A stretch of 64,000 nt of DNA, taken from a virus. Lineage: Duplodnaviria > Caudoviricetes. The DNA is taken from positions 1 through 64,000 of IMG/VR virus record IMGVR_UViG_3300022915_000001, one strand, 5' to 3'. The stretch's first letter is position 1. Each line of letters starts with the position of its first letter. Position numbers and translations under genes: made by a program. Positions 37,821-46,069 of this stretch are shown one piece after another. The notes below the pieces were generated by a model. It had not been told where the DNA came from, did no database searches, and was given only the letters and a program-made list of their open reading frames with translations.

Positions 37821-39790
37821 AGCAAACCTTTCCTGGCTAACATCGCGTCACGCAACAGAATACAGGACTCGCTGGCATTGTTTTGCTTATCGTAACGCTG
37901 CTGCGCCAGTTGGGCGATCATGATCTTCATGTTGTAGTCGTTGTCCTGCGGGTTGAGCGCGGCGATCCGGTCGATCTCCTCGCCGATAAAGATCTCGCGC
38001 GGGACCTTACTCTCGAAGTCCTTGAACCCCATGCAGCCGTACCGGAGACTATCGGCGGGATCGTCGCCGATCGTGGTCTCGGACGAGTCGAATTTCTTCA
38101 CGTCCTCGGGGTTGTTCGGGTAATCGGAAACCAGCTTGGGAATAGTTTCGATCAGGATCTGGCACTTGTCGTGGAAGCGGATGCGGGGGAGGATTTCGTC
38201 GTGCTGGCCCGCGAACTTCTCCATGTACTTCTGGTAGGCCACGATCCCGCGCGTCCTCAGGATCATGTCGCCGTAGTCGTGGTCCGGTTCGGCTTTCTTG
38301 ATCAGCGGCTGGTAGCGGAACAAGCCGCGGATGAACTCCCAGCCCGCCTCGCGTGCGCTGTTGGCGCGGGTGAACCAGATGGAAGCGCCGTCCACTTCCG
38401 ATTGCGCGAGGCGTTCTTCGCGCAGCCGCAGGGCGCCCTGCGGGTCGAGCTTCGACACGAGCAGTTCCTGCGGCGTGAACTCCATGATCACCGAGCTTCC
38501 CGGCCCCAGGATGCGCTGCACGCCGTAAGCGATCTGGTCCGAGATCATGTGGTCCTTGTCGCGGACTTGAAAAGCGTCCGGTGAGAGATAGCAGCGGATG
38601 CGCGGCTCCTTCATCCGCTCGAGCCGCTCGATGGAGCGCCGCGCGATCTCCGCGCCGAGCTCGTCGGCGCCCATGCCGGCGATCACCAGTTCGTCTTCGA
38701 CGTGAATGCGCTTGTCGGTGGAGAGCGCGTACCAGTACACCGCGGTGTGATGCTTGTGGCCCCAGTCGCAACTCATCCAGCGGTGACACCAGGAGGGGAT
38801 CGTGTGACTGGGAATGACGTGGTACGCCTCGGGGAATTCCTTGATCTCGGAGGCAATCGCGCGGGGACGGAAGTTCGGGTAGAACATGCCGGCCGAGATA
38901 TCCCAGTCGCCGTCGATCCACGCCTTCCTCCTGGACTCGGGATGCGAGGGATCGTTGAGCCGGTCTGCGTAGTGCGGGTCCTGCTGCAACAACTGCGGAT
39001 TGTCCTTGAGCGGCCCGTGGAGGTAGATCTTGCAGCGCCGCGAGTGCGGGTCGTAGATCGGCGTGCCATACGGGAACAGTTCGCCGTCCTCGTTGCGGCG
39101 CACCTTGACGAACCTGGCTTTCAACCAGTGAGCGCCGGGGCCGTCAGGGTTGGCGGTGAGGAGGATCTGCGGCCTGAGCCCGGGGACCGAGGTGCGGTTC
39201 GATGAGAGGATGGCGGCATAGAGGGCCTCGCTTTTTATCTGCTCCGCTTCCTCGATCACGATGCGGTGGTACTCATGGCCGCGATACTGCTCGAAGGACT
39301 GCTCGTCCTTGAGGTAGCCGGTGTAAATCATTGCTCCTGTCGGGAACAAGAACGACGTGGGATTTCCCTTTTTGACCGCGCCCATCAGCCGGTACATGGC
39401 CCACGCCTTTTCAATCGTCTCCTTCATCGCCTCGTTCGACAAACGAAGGAGCGTCCCCACATACTTGGGGTTGTTGACGTACCCCGCCGCCCAGGCGATC
39501 CCCGCCGCGGTCTTGCCGCCGCCTCTCGGGCCGCCGGCCAATATTTCGTCGCAGATGAACTTGATATTCGGAGGGAGCGGGGAGCGCGTGGCGGGATCGT
39601 AGAAGGTGACGCCCTCGGGGTTACTCCAGAAGAAGATGTTCTCCTGCATTCCGGGGTTGGCCTGCCAGATCAGTTCACCGGACGGGGCGATGAACTTGGT
39701 GCGGTTGTAGGAGCCTACGCGCAGGGCCAACTGCTCGGGGGAAAGACGGACGGCTTCTTCGGGGGCGGTCGGTTTATTGGGGCGGGCCAC
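37817..39790 (-). CDS. terL: Terminase large subunit
   Basis: Walker A GGPRGGGKT, Walker B IVIEEAEQ, coupling motif TANPDGPG, nuclease motifs CDWG and DPADSLRY. Confidence 0.92.
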   Translation of the reverse strand: MARPNKPTAPEEAVRLSPEQLALRVGSYNRTKFIAPSGELIWQANPGMQENIFFWSNPEGVTFYDPATRSPLPPNIKFICDEILAGGPRGGGKTAAGIAWAAGYVNNPKYVGTLLRLSNEAMKETIEKAWAMYRLMGAVKKGNPTSFLFPTGAMIYTGYLKDEQSFEQYRGHEYHRIVIEEAEQIKSEALYAAILSSNRTSVPGLRPQILLTANPDGPGAHWLKARFVKVRRNEDGELFPYGTPIYDPHSRRCKIYLHGPLKDNPQLLQQDPHYADRLNDPSHPESRRKAWIDGDWDISAGMFYPNFRPRAIASEIKEFPEAYHVIPSHTIPSWCHRWMSCDWGHKHHTAVYWYALSTDKRIHVEDELVIAGMGADELGAEIARRSIERLERMKEPRIRCYLSPDAFQVRDKDHMISDQIAYGVQRILGPGSSVIMEFTPQELLVSKLDPQGALRLREERLAQSEVDGASIWFTRANSAREAGWEFIRGLFRYQPLIKKAEPDHDYGDMILRTRGIVAYQKYMEKFAGQHDEILPRIRFHDKCQILIETIPKLVSDYPNNPEDVKKFDSSETTIGDDPADSLRYGCMGFKDFESKVPREIFIGEEIDRIAALNPQDNDYNMKIMIAQLAQQRYDKQNNASESCILLRDAMLARKGLL

Positions 39791-39898
39791 TTACAAGGGA
39801 GTATAAGACCAACGACGCGGCACTCGGTCGTCCGAACGCGAGTGCCGCGCCTCGTATCTGTTGGCCCTGACCGGAAGGAACCTTACCGGCAGGAATCG

Positions 39899-40096
39899 TT
39901 ACGCCGTGGCTTCCACGTCTGCCTCGGGCGGCGGCGGCAGCGGATACTTGAGCATCCAGTTGTCGATGAGGACGGCGGTCTGGAGAGCACCAATGTAGGC
40001 GGCTTCCCTCACCTCAAGGAGGAAGGTGTGCAACTCTTCCAGCGTGGGCGGCGGCAGGACTTCGCGTTCTTCGACAGTCACAGTTTCTTCAGGCAT
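39899..40096 (-). CDS. Hypothetical protein
   Basis: Small ORF coupled to the upstream gene. Confidence 0.45.
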   Translation of the reverse strand: MPEETVTVEEREVLPPPTLEELHTFLLEVREAAYIGALQTAVLIDNWMLKYPLPPPPEADVEATA

Positions 40097-40097
40097 G

Positions 40098-40793
40098 TTA
40101 GGCAACTCCAAACTTATACGGAGGAATCAAGGCGAGCGCGGCGGCTCCGGCAGGCGGATGCTTGCCGTAGGTAACGTCGAGCACCATGTTAGAATCGCCG
40201 CCGGTCAGCGTGCCGCCTACCATGACGAGCATCAGCGGCAGATCAGGCTGGAGCGCGATGCCGGGGAGCGCGGTAAACGCCGCCGTCGAACTCGCCGAAC
40301 CCAGCATGAATCCGCACGAGAGGTCCTCGGACACCACCACGTCGCCGATCTTCATCTGAAGCGCGGCCACGCCGCCCGCATCGACATACGGGAGCGTGCC
40401 GAATGTGAAGGTGACCGCGCACCCGCGGAATTCGAGCGCACTGCCGGCGGGGAACAGCGGCACTACTTCCTTGGGCGTCGTCGAGAGCGTGAGGATCGAG
40501 GCCGAACTGATCGAATTGTTCATGACCGTATCGGGCGGCGGCTCGGCTTCCCCGCCGCCTTCGGGGATGCCATCCGGATAATAGTGGAGGGCGAACTCGT
40601 CGACGATTTCGACGACGCGCCGCGCACTCAAAGGAGCGATGCGCCGAATGGCCGTCAGCAGGGCGCCAATCTGGATGGCGGTCGGAGGGTCGACCACGAG
40701 CGGAGTAATTTCGGGGATCTGCTCGGGGGGCGGCTCTAATCCCCGGTATTCTTCTTGGATTGGGGCGTCCTGGACTGGTGTGTCGTAGGGCAT
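40098..40793 (-). CDS. Putative virion decoration protein
   Basis: The C-terminal ISSASILTLSTTPKEVVP...PY domain resembles a recurring phage structural beta-sandwich. Confidence 0.5.
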   Translation of the reverse strand: MPYDTPVQDAPIQEEYRGLEPPPEQIPEITPLVVDPPTAIQIGALLTAIRRIAPLSARRVVEIVDEFALHYYPDGIPEGGGEAEPPPDTVMNNSISSASILTLSTTPKEVVPLFPAGSALEFRGCAVTFTFGTLPYVDAGGVAALQMKIGDVVVSEDLSCGFMLGSASSTAAFTALPGIALQPDLPLMLVMVGGTLTGGDSNMVLDVTYGKHPPAGAAALALIPPYKFGVA

Positions 40794-41080
40794 TCTGGCT
40801 CCTTCGAAGAAATACTACCATCCGCGAGGAGCGCCCTCACTTCTTTCAAGTCTTCCAGGTAGAGAGCCGACACATGCGGGCCGATCGAGTTGCAGACCGA
40901 ATGGAACCGCGCGTTGAGCACGAAGAGCGCGTTGCGCAACCGCTCCACCTGATCGCGCTCCTTGCCGATCGCCTTCTGGAGCTCAATGTTGGCGCGCACC
41001 GCCATCCGTTCGCTGTGCTTCATCTCGTCGTAGCGGTCGCGCCACTCGGCGATCTGCATGTCGGCCCCGTTGGTTTTCAT
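40736..41080 (-). CDS. Hypothetical coiled-coil protein
   Basis: Start re-picked at MKTNGAD. Confidence 0.45.
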   Translation of the reverse strand: MKTNGADMQIAEWRDRYDEMKHSERMAVRANIELQKAIGKERDQVERLRNALFVLNARFHSVCNSIGPHVSALYLEDLKEVRALLADGSISSKEPECPTTHQSRTPQSKKNTGD

Positions 41081-41583
41081 AGGAACTTCGCCTTTCCGCA
41101 GGGCCCGCACCAGCGCATCTGCCCGCACGGCGAGCCGCACTCGCGGCACTGGTTCTGCGCGACGATGGGTTCGTCGTACTCCTTGGACTCGGCGGTCACG
41201 ATGCGGTCGACCCGGCGCTGGGCGTCCTCAAACGAGTTGGCCTTCATCCAGTGGCGGAAGATTTCTACCGGCGGGCAGCGGTAGCACCAGCCCACGCCGT
41301 CCAGGTGCGCGATCTCGAAGCCGCGGTACTTGAGGACATTGGGGAGCGAGTTGGCCTTGGCCAGCGCGGCGTTGTACCGCGCCTCGCGCTGTTCCCGCGC
41401 CGAGCACGAAAGGCAGAAGATATACCCGTCCGCGATGAAGCGGTGGCGCTGGCCCGCGCAGTTGGGGCATTTCTCGTAGGCCCAGACGCCGGGATTGCCG
41501 AACTGGACGACGTTCCTGGCGATCTCGATTTCCTCGGGCTTGATGCCAAGCTGCTCCAGGAACTTCCGGTCGCTGGCGGTCAT
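41077..41583 (-). CDS. Hypothetical protein with two CxxC zinc motifs
   Basis: CPNC...CLSC and CREC...CGPC; start re-picked at MTASDRKFLEQLG. Confidence 0.55.
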   Translation of the reverse strand: MTASDRKFLEQLGIKPEEIEIARNVVQFGNPGVWAYEKCPNCAGQRHRFIADGYIFCLSCSAREQREARYNAALAKANSLPNVLKYRGFEIAHLDGVGWCYRCPPVEIFRHWMKANSFEDAQRRVDRIVTAESKEYDEPIVAQNQCRECGSPCGQMRWCGPCGKAKFL

Positions 41584-41924
41584 CACTGCACCTTGGAATG
41601 GTCGACGATCTCGTTTTCGTGCGTGTGCTCGCACACTTTCAGGAGCGCCTGGATTTCCACCAGCGTGTCGCGCTCGCACTCCAGGTACATGAAGTAGGCG
41701 GGCGTGACCGGCAGGAGGCGCATGATGTCCGACACCTTGCCGATGGTGCGGACCATGAAGTGGAGGTACTCCTCGGCTTGGCAGGCGGTGCGGCACTCGC
41801 GGTTGATGTACGGCTCCAGCATGTCCCTGAGTTGGCACAGCCCGTTGATGAACATGCCGGCGGTCGCGATGACCTGTTCATGGGTCAGCTTGATCGTGTG
41901 CAGGACGGGCGGGGCCTCTTCCAC
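41583..41924 (-). CDS. Hypothetical protein
   Basis: RBS GAGGTGAA before GTG. Confidence 0.55.
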   Translation of the reverse strand: MEEAPPVLHTIKLTHEQVIATAGMFINGLCQLRDMLEPYINRECRTACQAEEYLHFMVRTIGKVSDIMRLLPVTPAYFMYLECERDTLVEIQALLKVCEHTHENEIVDHSKVQ

Positions 41925-42040
41925 GTTTCACCTCAGAAAATCCACCGCGAATGGGACGGCCGGCGCTGCGCGGCATTGGCGATGGTGCGCTGGCGCCGGC
42001 CTCATCGAGGTGAAGTCGACAATTTGAGCGTAACACGCCC

Positions 42041-42069
42041 TTGCCGCTTTGCGCAAAAGAAAGTAAGAT
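42041..42069 (+). promoter_or_regulatory. sigma70-type promoter TTGCCG-N17-TAAGAT with CTTTGCGCAAA operator in the spacer
   Basis: Read directly; lies 15 nt upstream of ATG 42085. Confidence 0.7.
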
Positions 42070-42084
42070 CCCTTAGAGGGGGCC

Positions 42085-42336
42085 ATGTCAGAGCACTGTC
42101 CCGGCTGTAGGAACTCGGACCCGACTCCGCAGGGCGTCGACCCATTGGGAGTGATGAAGAAGCAGGAAATCGAATTCCGCGATAGCGCGGGACCGGCGAG
42201 CGAAGAACTCTTGTTCAATCCGAGCCACGGGACCATGTCGAAGACGATGGAGCATATCGGACTCGCGCAACTCAAGCAACTCAAGGCGATGATGCGGTTT
42301 CAGGAGTTCCTCAAAGCGAAGGAGAAAAAAGGATAA
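42085..42336 (+). CDS. Hypothetical protein
   Basis: RBS AGAGGGGG; first gene after the promoter. Confidence 0.55.
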   Translation: MSEHCPGCRNSDPTPQGVDPLGVMKKQEIEFRDSAGPASEELLFNPSHGTMSKTMEHIGLAQLKQLKAMMRFQEFLKAKEKKG

Positions 42337-42339
42337 AAA

Positions 42340-42516
42340 ATGAAGTGGCTCTGGTGGACCAGGCTCGGTTGCAGGATCTTCGGCCACTTCCCGGCGTTCG
42401 CGTCGGTGACGGCCCCCGGTAACCACTGCATGTCCTGCAAAGCGCCCATGCTCTGGAACCCCGGCACGGAAGTGTGGGACGTAACGCTGCCCCAGGAGGG
42501 CGGCTCTTTCAAGTAA
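42340..42516 (+). CDS. Small Cys/His protein (CRIFGH motif, DUF1660-like)
   Basis: Hand translation: MKWLWWTRLGCRIFGHFPAFASVTAPGNHCMSCKAPMLW..., 58 aa. Confidence 0.5.
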   Translation: MKWLWWTRLGCRIFGHFPAFASVTAPGNHCMSCKAPMLWNPGTEVWDVTLPQEGGSFK

Positions 42517-42780
42517 ATGATCACCAACCTCACCTGTCCCCGGTGCGGCGAGGAAGCGGTCACGCTGATTCCGGGGACCAGCGAATTCTCGTGCGTCGAG
42601 TGCTGCGCCTCGGGGCGGGCCGGCGCTTTGCCGCCGCACGCCGTCTTCGGGATGCGCAACCAGTACCAACTGATCAGGAGGAAGCTATGCAAGTCTTCGG
42701 CGCCATCGATGTTAAAACCGTCTACACTGAGCAGCCCAACGGCTCGGAATGGCGCGTGGAACTCTCCTCGCCGCCGGTAA
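42517..42780 (+). CDS. Small zinc-ribbon protein
   Basis: CPRC...CVEC; the C-terminal part overlaps the next gene. Confidence 0.45.
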   Translation: MITNLTCPRCGEEAVTLIPGTSEFSCVECCASGRAGALPPHAVFGMRNQYQLIRRKLCKSSAPSMLKPSTLSSPTARNGAWNSPRRR

Positions 42781-42896
42781 ACCTGTCCCTGAACGAAGCG
42801 CGGGACTTCGCCAAGATCCTGCGTCTCCTCTGCGACGATCCCTCGTCGATGCACCGCTCCGAACCCGATCCCACCTTCTGCGAGACGCCGGTATGA
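42687..42896 (+). CDS. Hypothetical protein
   Basis: RBS AGGAGG then MQVFGAIDVKTV... Confidence 0.55.
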   Translation: MQVFGAIDVKTVYTEQPNGSEWRVELSSPPVNLSLNEARDFAKILRLLCDDPSSMHRSEPDPTFCETPV

Positions 42897-43162
42897 GCTT
42901 CGTCCTGCACTACAACACGGCCATCACCGAGGTGTCGATGCCCTTTGAGACCGTCGAGGAGGCCCTCGAATACCTCGCCCACGCCATCCCGCGCAAGATC
43001 AAGGAAGAGTACTCCAACCAGGTCTCGGGCCTTTCGATCCCCTCGCCGCGGATCATCGAGGACACGATCCTCATCATCGAAAAAGGGATGCCGCGCGAGA
43101 ACCAGATGATCGCCATTCGCCTGGAGCGGGTCAAGTGGGCCCGGGACGACGTGAAGGTATGA
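42893..43162 (+). CDS. Hypothetical protein
   Basis: ATGA-coupled start MSFVLHYNT... Confidence 0.55.
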   Translation: MSFVLHYNTAITEVSMPFETVEEALEYLAHAIPRKIKEEYSNQVSGLSIPSPRIIEDTILIIEKGMPRENQMIAIRLERVKWARDDVKV

Positions 43163-43596
43163 GCGAGGACTTCTGCCGGCACATAAACGTGACCGAGGAA
43201 GGATACTGCACCGAATGCGGCGTCCTCGCCCGCGTCCGGTTCCCCCTGGAGAAGAGAAAACCCATGTCCTCAGAAATCAGCTACGCCGTCGAAACCTTCG
43301 AGGAGGCTTGCGACGAGGCCATTGCCAAAATCGGCGAAGAGAACGCCTACCGCATTCTCTGCCAGCGCAAGGAACGCGCCCAGATCATCTTGAGGATGGC
43401 CCCCAAGGAGAAAAACGTCCTCGGCGGCCGCTACTCCAAAGATCCGGGGGATCTGCCCGACTTTAGCCGCCAGATGCGCGGCGTGAGCGAGCAGGAAGCC
43501 GCGCACGCCAAGGCAGAGGCCGAGCGCCAGCAGTACGCCGAGGACATGCAGCACGCCGAGGATATCAAGGCCCTCAACAAGTCAATGGGCCTGTAG
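43159..43596 (+). CDS. Hypothetical protein
   Basis: ATGA-coupled start MSEDFCRH... Confidence 0.5.
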   Translation: MSEDFCRHINVTEEGYCTECGVLARVRFPLEKRKPMSSEISYAVETFEEACDEAIAKIGEENAYRILCQRKERAQIILRMAPKEKNVLGGRYSKDPGDLPDFSRQMRGVSEQEAAHAKAEAERQQYAEDMQHAEDIKALNKSMGL

Positions 43597-43712
43597 TGGA
43601 CGTTTTCCTCACCGCCCTCTTCTTCTTCCTGCTCCTGAACCTGCTCGCGCTCGCGCCCGACTGGCGCGTTCTCTGGCGCAAGTGGCGGTCGCGGTGGAAG
43701 CCGCCGCGCTAA
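43596..43712 (+). CDS. 38-aa single-TM peptide with basic tail
   Basis: MDVFLTALFFFLLLNLLALAPDWRVLWRKWRSRWKPPR*; the GTG overlaps the previous stop. Confidence 0.4.
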   Translation: MDVFLTALFFFLLLNLLALAPDWRVLWRKWRSRWKPPR

Positions 43713-43882
43713 TCGCCGAACAGGGCCACGCGGATGACCGGGGCGTTCTCGAGTCCTGCGTCCACGTCGATCGGGAAGAGCGGAATGTCGTCCACGTCGT
43801 CGAGGTTCTGGATCGAGACCGGCTGGTCCCCGTACAGTTCCATGTGGCGCTGGAGCGCGGCGATCAACTCCGAGATATTCAC
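43709..43882 (-). CDS. Hypothetical protein (57 aa)
   Basis: MNISELIAALQRHMELYGDQPV..., GTGA-coupled; a common phage small-protein pattern. Confidence 0.55.
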   Translation of the reverse strand: MNISELIAALQRHMELYGDQPVSIQNLDDVDDIPLFPIDVDAGLENAPVIRVALFGD

Positions 43883-44109
43883 GGGGCGAGCACCAGTTCC
43901 ATGCCGCGCTTGGTGGCGCGGCTCAGTTCAAGCCTGATATCGGCTTCCTGAAGGACGAGGGCCAGGATGACGCCCATCACCGGCCCCGTCTTCTTGTCTT
44001 CGAGCGGCACGCGCACCCAGACCGTGCGCTCCGCTTCGTCGATCCCGGTCTCGTAGTGCAAACCCGACAGGTCGACGGCTTCCTTCACCTTCCAGAGGCG
44101 CTCACTCAT
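43879..44109 (-). CDS. Hypothetical protein
   Basis: MSERLWKVKEAVDLSG..., directly after the MTase stops. Confidence 0.5.
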   Translation of the reverse strand: MSERLWKVKEAVDLSGLHYETGIDEAERTVWVRVPLEDKKTGPVMGVILALVLQEADIRLELSRATKRGMELVLAP

Positions 44110-46069
44110 CGTCATCGTCTGGCTCCTTCCTCATCTTCTTCGATCCAGGCGCGGAGGAACCACGCCGCCTGCTCGGCATTGATCGCATCGCCCGCACCGC
44201 GCAGTCCCAGAACACGGTAGGCAAGCCTTGGAGCCAGAGGGAAAAGGCTGGGTGCAGTTGGCCGGAGGCTGGGACCGTCGCCCACCCGCTGCGGCCGCGT
44301 AAGAACCCAGTCGGCCCCGGCCCAGAATCCGTTGACGGGGCCGGCCACTGGCACACCTCCTGCGTCACGCGCGACGAGTCGTTGTTCCCGGCGGCGTTGT
44401 AGCCCTTCTGCGACGGCGTCCCCGCCATCGGCGTCGGCCACCCCGTCAACTGCGCTTCGCGGCCCAGGTACGTCGACTCGCTCACGCTCGAATCGTGCTC
44501 CCGCGGCGAGTGGGGCGTCGGCCACCCCGTCAGGCGCGTCTGGTCGATCAGCGTCCAGCCGTCGTGGTGCTCCGACTCCGGGTCGAAGCGGGTGCACGTC
44601 GCGTTGGCCGCGTTGGTCGAGTCCCGCATCGTCGGGGTCGCCCAGCCAGCGAGTTTGGCCTGGTTCTCCAGCCCAATCTGCGCCTTCGAGCCATCCGCTT
44701 TCTTGCCGATATCCTCGGCGTTCCCGCTGATCCTGCCCCCATTCGGCGTATTCGGGGTCGCCCAGCCCGTCAGCATCACCTCGTCGTTCAGGTTCATCAT
44801 CCCGTGGCCCTCTTTGACCTTCGCCGCCACGTATTCCGGTGTGTGCGCCGGGAAGTGGTCCCGCTTCTGCGGCGTCGACCATCCCGCCAGCCTCGTCTGG
44901 GAAGTCAGCGTATCCGAAACGCCCCGGTCGATCCGCTCCCCCGAGCTCTCGCCGTCCTCGCGGGTCGGAGTCGCCCATCCCGCCAACGTCGCCACCTCCG
45001 ACAACGGGCGCGAGTTGTGGTCGAGCGGCACGCCCCCCGTCTCCCCGCTCTTCCAGTCCCTGGACTGCGGAGAGGGCCACCCCGTCAGGTGCGCCGTCAC
45101 CGCCAGCGACGAGCACCTGTCTTCCCTCTGGGCTTCCCTCTCCATCCCGTCCACCGTCAGCCGCGATTTGTTGTCGTCGGCTCCCTGCGGCGTCGGCCAC
45201 CCCGCCAGCGTCACCGCCCCGTCCAAATCCATCCCCCCCTCGTGCCGCTCGGTCGGCGGCTTCACGTTGATCCCGCCCCCCGGCAGCGTCGGCGTGGGCC
45301 ACCCCGCAAGCTGGGCAAAGTTCCGCAGCCGCTGGTCGGTCGTCTTCATCTCGTCGGTCCCCACCCGCGCCTCGGCCAAGGGGCCGTCCCGCTTGTGGTC
45401 CTCGGTCGTCGGCGTCGGCCACCCTGCGAGCATGGCAAAATCCCTCAAATCGCTCGAGTGATCCGGGTCGCCCGCCCTGTGCGCCCTGCCCCCGCCCGAT
45501 CCCTCCGAGGCGTTCGGCGTCGGCCACCCCGCCAACTGCGAAACCACTCCCAGGTCCGTCAGCGAGATCCCCATCTCCGATCCCCGCTCCACGCTCCTCC
45601 GCTTCCGGTCCAAAAACGCCTCGGGGGAGCCGTTCGCCGGTTGGGCGCAGGGCGTAGGCCAGCCCTGCTCCCCAATAGAGCCGCTGGCGGAGATGCGGCG
45701 CCCCCGCCCCCGCTGCGCAGGTATCGAGAACCCCGATGGTGTAATCCGCTGCGTCCAGGTCAGTTCGTACAAGGTCGAGCCAGCCGAGGCCGTCAATCGA
45801 CGATACCTGCTCCCCAAAGACGCAGACAGGTCTTCGTGCTTCGATGAGACGAAAGAAGTCTGGCCAAAGATGGCGCGGATCGTTTTCCGCTTCCCTTTTT
45901 CCCGCCGCTGAGAACGGGCCGCAGGGGCAGCTTCCGGTCCAGCAGGGGAAATCGTCGCTGAAGCCGGCCCGCCTGAGGGCGTAGCTCCAGACTCCGATCC
46001 CGGCGAAGAAGTGGCACTGGGTATATCCGTCGAGATCTCCCGGTTGAACAAGCTGAATTGGCCGCTCAT
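44102..46069 (-). CDS. C5-methyltransferase beta polypeptide in the +1 frame: 12 GWPTP modules plus motif IX
   Basis: Open for 655 aa inside alpha. ATG preceded by GGGGTGG. Carries 12 (L[AT])GW[PAS][TS]P repeats and C-terminal GQLHPAFSLWLQGLP (motif IX-like). Confidence 0.8.
   Translation of the reverse strand: MSGQFSLFNREISTDIPSATSSPGSESGATPSGGPASATISPAGPEAAPAARSQRREKGKRKTIRAIFGQTSFVSSKHEDLSASLGSRYRRLTASAGSTLYELTWTQRITPSGFSIPAQRGRGRRISASGSIGEQGWPTPCAQPANGSPEAFLDRKRRSVERGSEMGISLTDLGVVSQLAGWPTPNASEGSGGGRAHRAGDPDHSSDLRDFAMLAGWPTPTTEDHKRDGPLAEARVGTDEMKTTDQRLRNFAQLAGWPTPTLPGGGINVKPPTERHEGGMDLDGAVTLAGWPTPQGADDNKSRLTVDGMEREAQREDRCSSLAVTAHLTGWPSPQSRDWKSGETGGVPLDHNSRPLSEVATLAGWATPTREDGESSGERIDRGVSDTLTSQTRLAGWSTPQKRDHFPAHTPEYVAAKVKEGHGMMNLNDEVMLTGWATPNTPNGGRISGNAEDIGKKADGSKAQIGLENQAKLAGWATPTMRDSTNAANATCTRFDPESEHHDGWTLIDQTRLTGWPTPHSPREHDSSVSESTYLGREAQLTGWPTPMAGTPSQKGYNAAGNNDSSRVTQEVCQWPAPSTDSGPGPTGFLRGRSGWATVPASGQLHPAFSLWLQGLPTVFWDCAVRAMRSMPSRRRGSSAPGSKKMRKEPDDDDE

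Noticed and set aside
37817-39790. Intein or intron in terL (long C-terminal half)
   Set aside because: No C1/HN splice motifs, LAGLIDADG or HNH signature; the extra segments are short insertions.
44330-45670. Middle of the alpha MTase frame as a real folded domain
   Set aside because: A/G/D/R-rich filler whose periodicity just mirrors the beta-frame GWPTP repeats; treated as an open linker.
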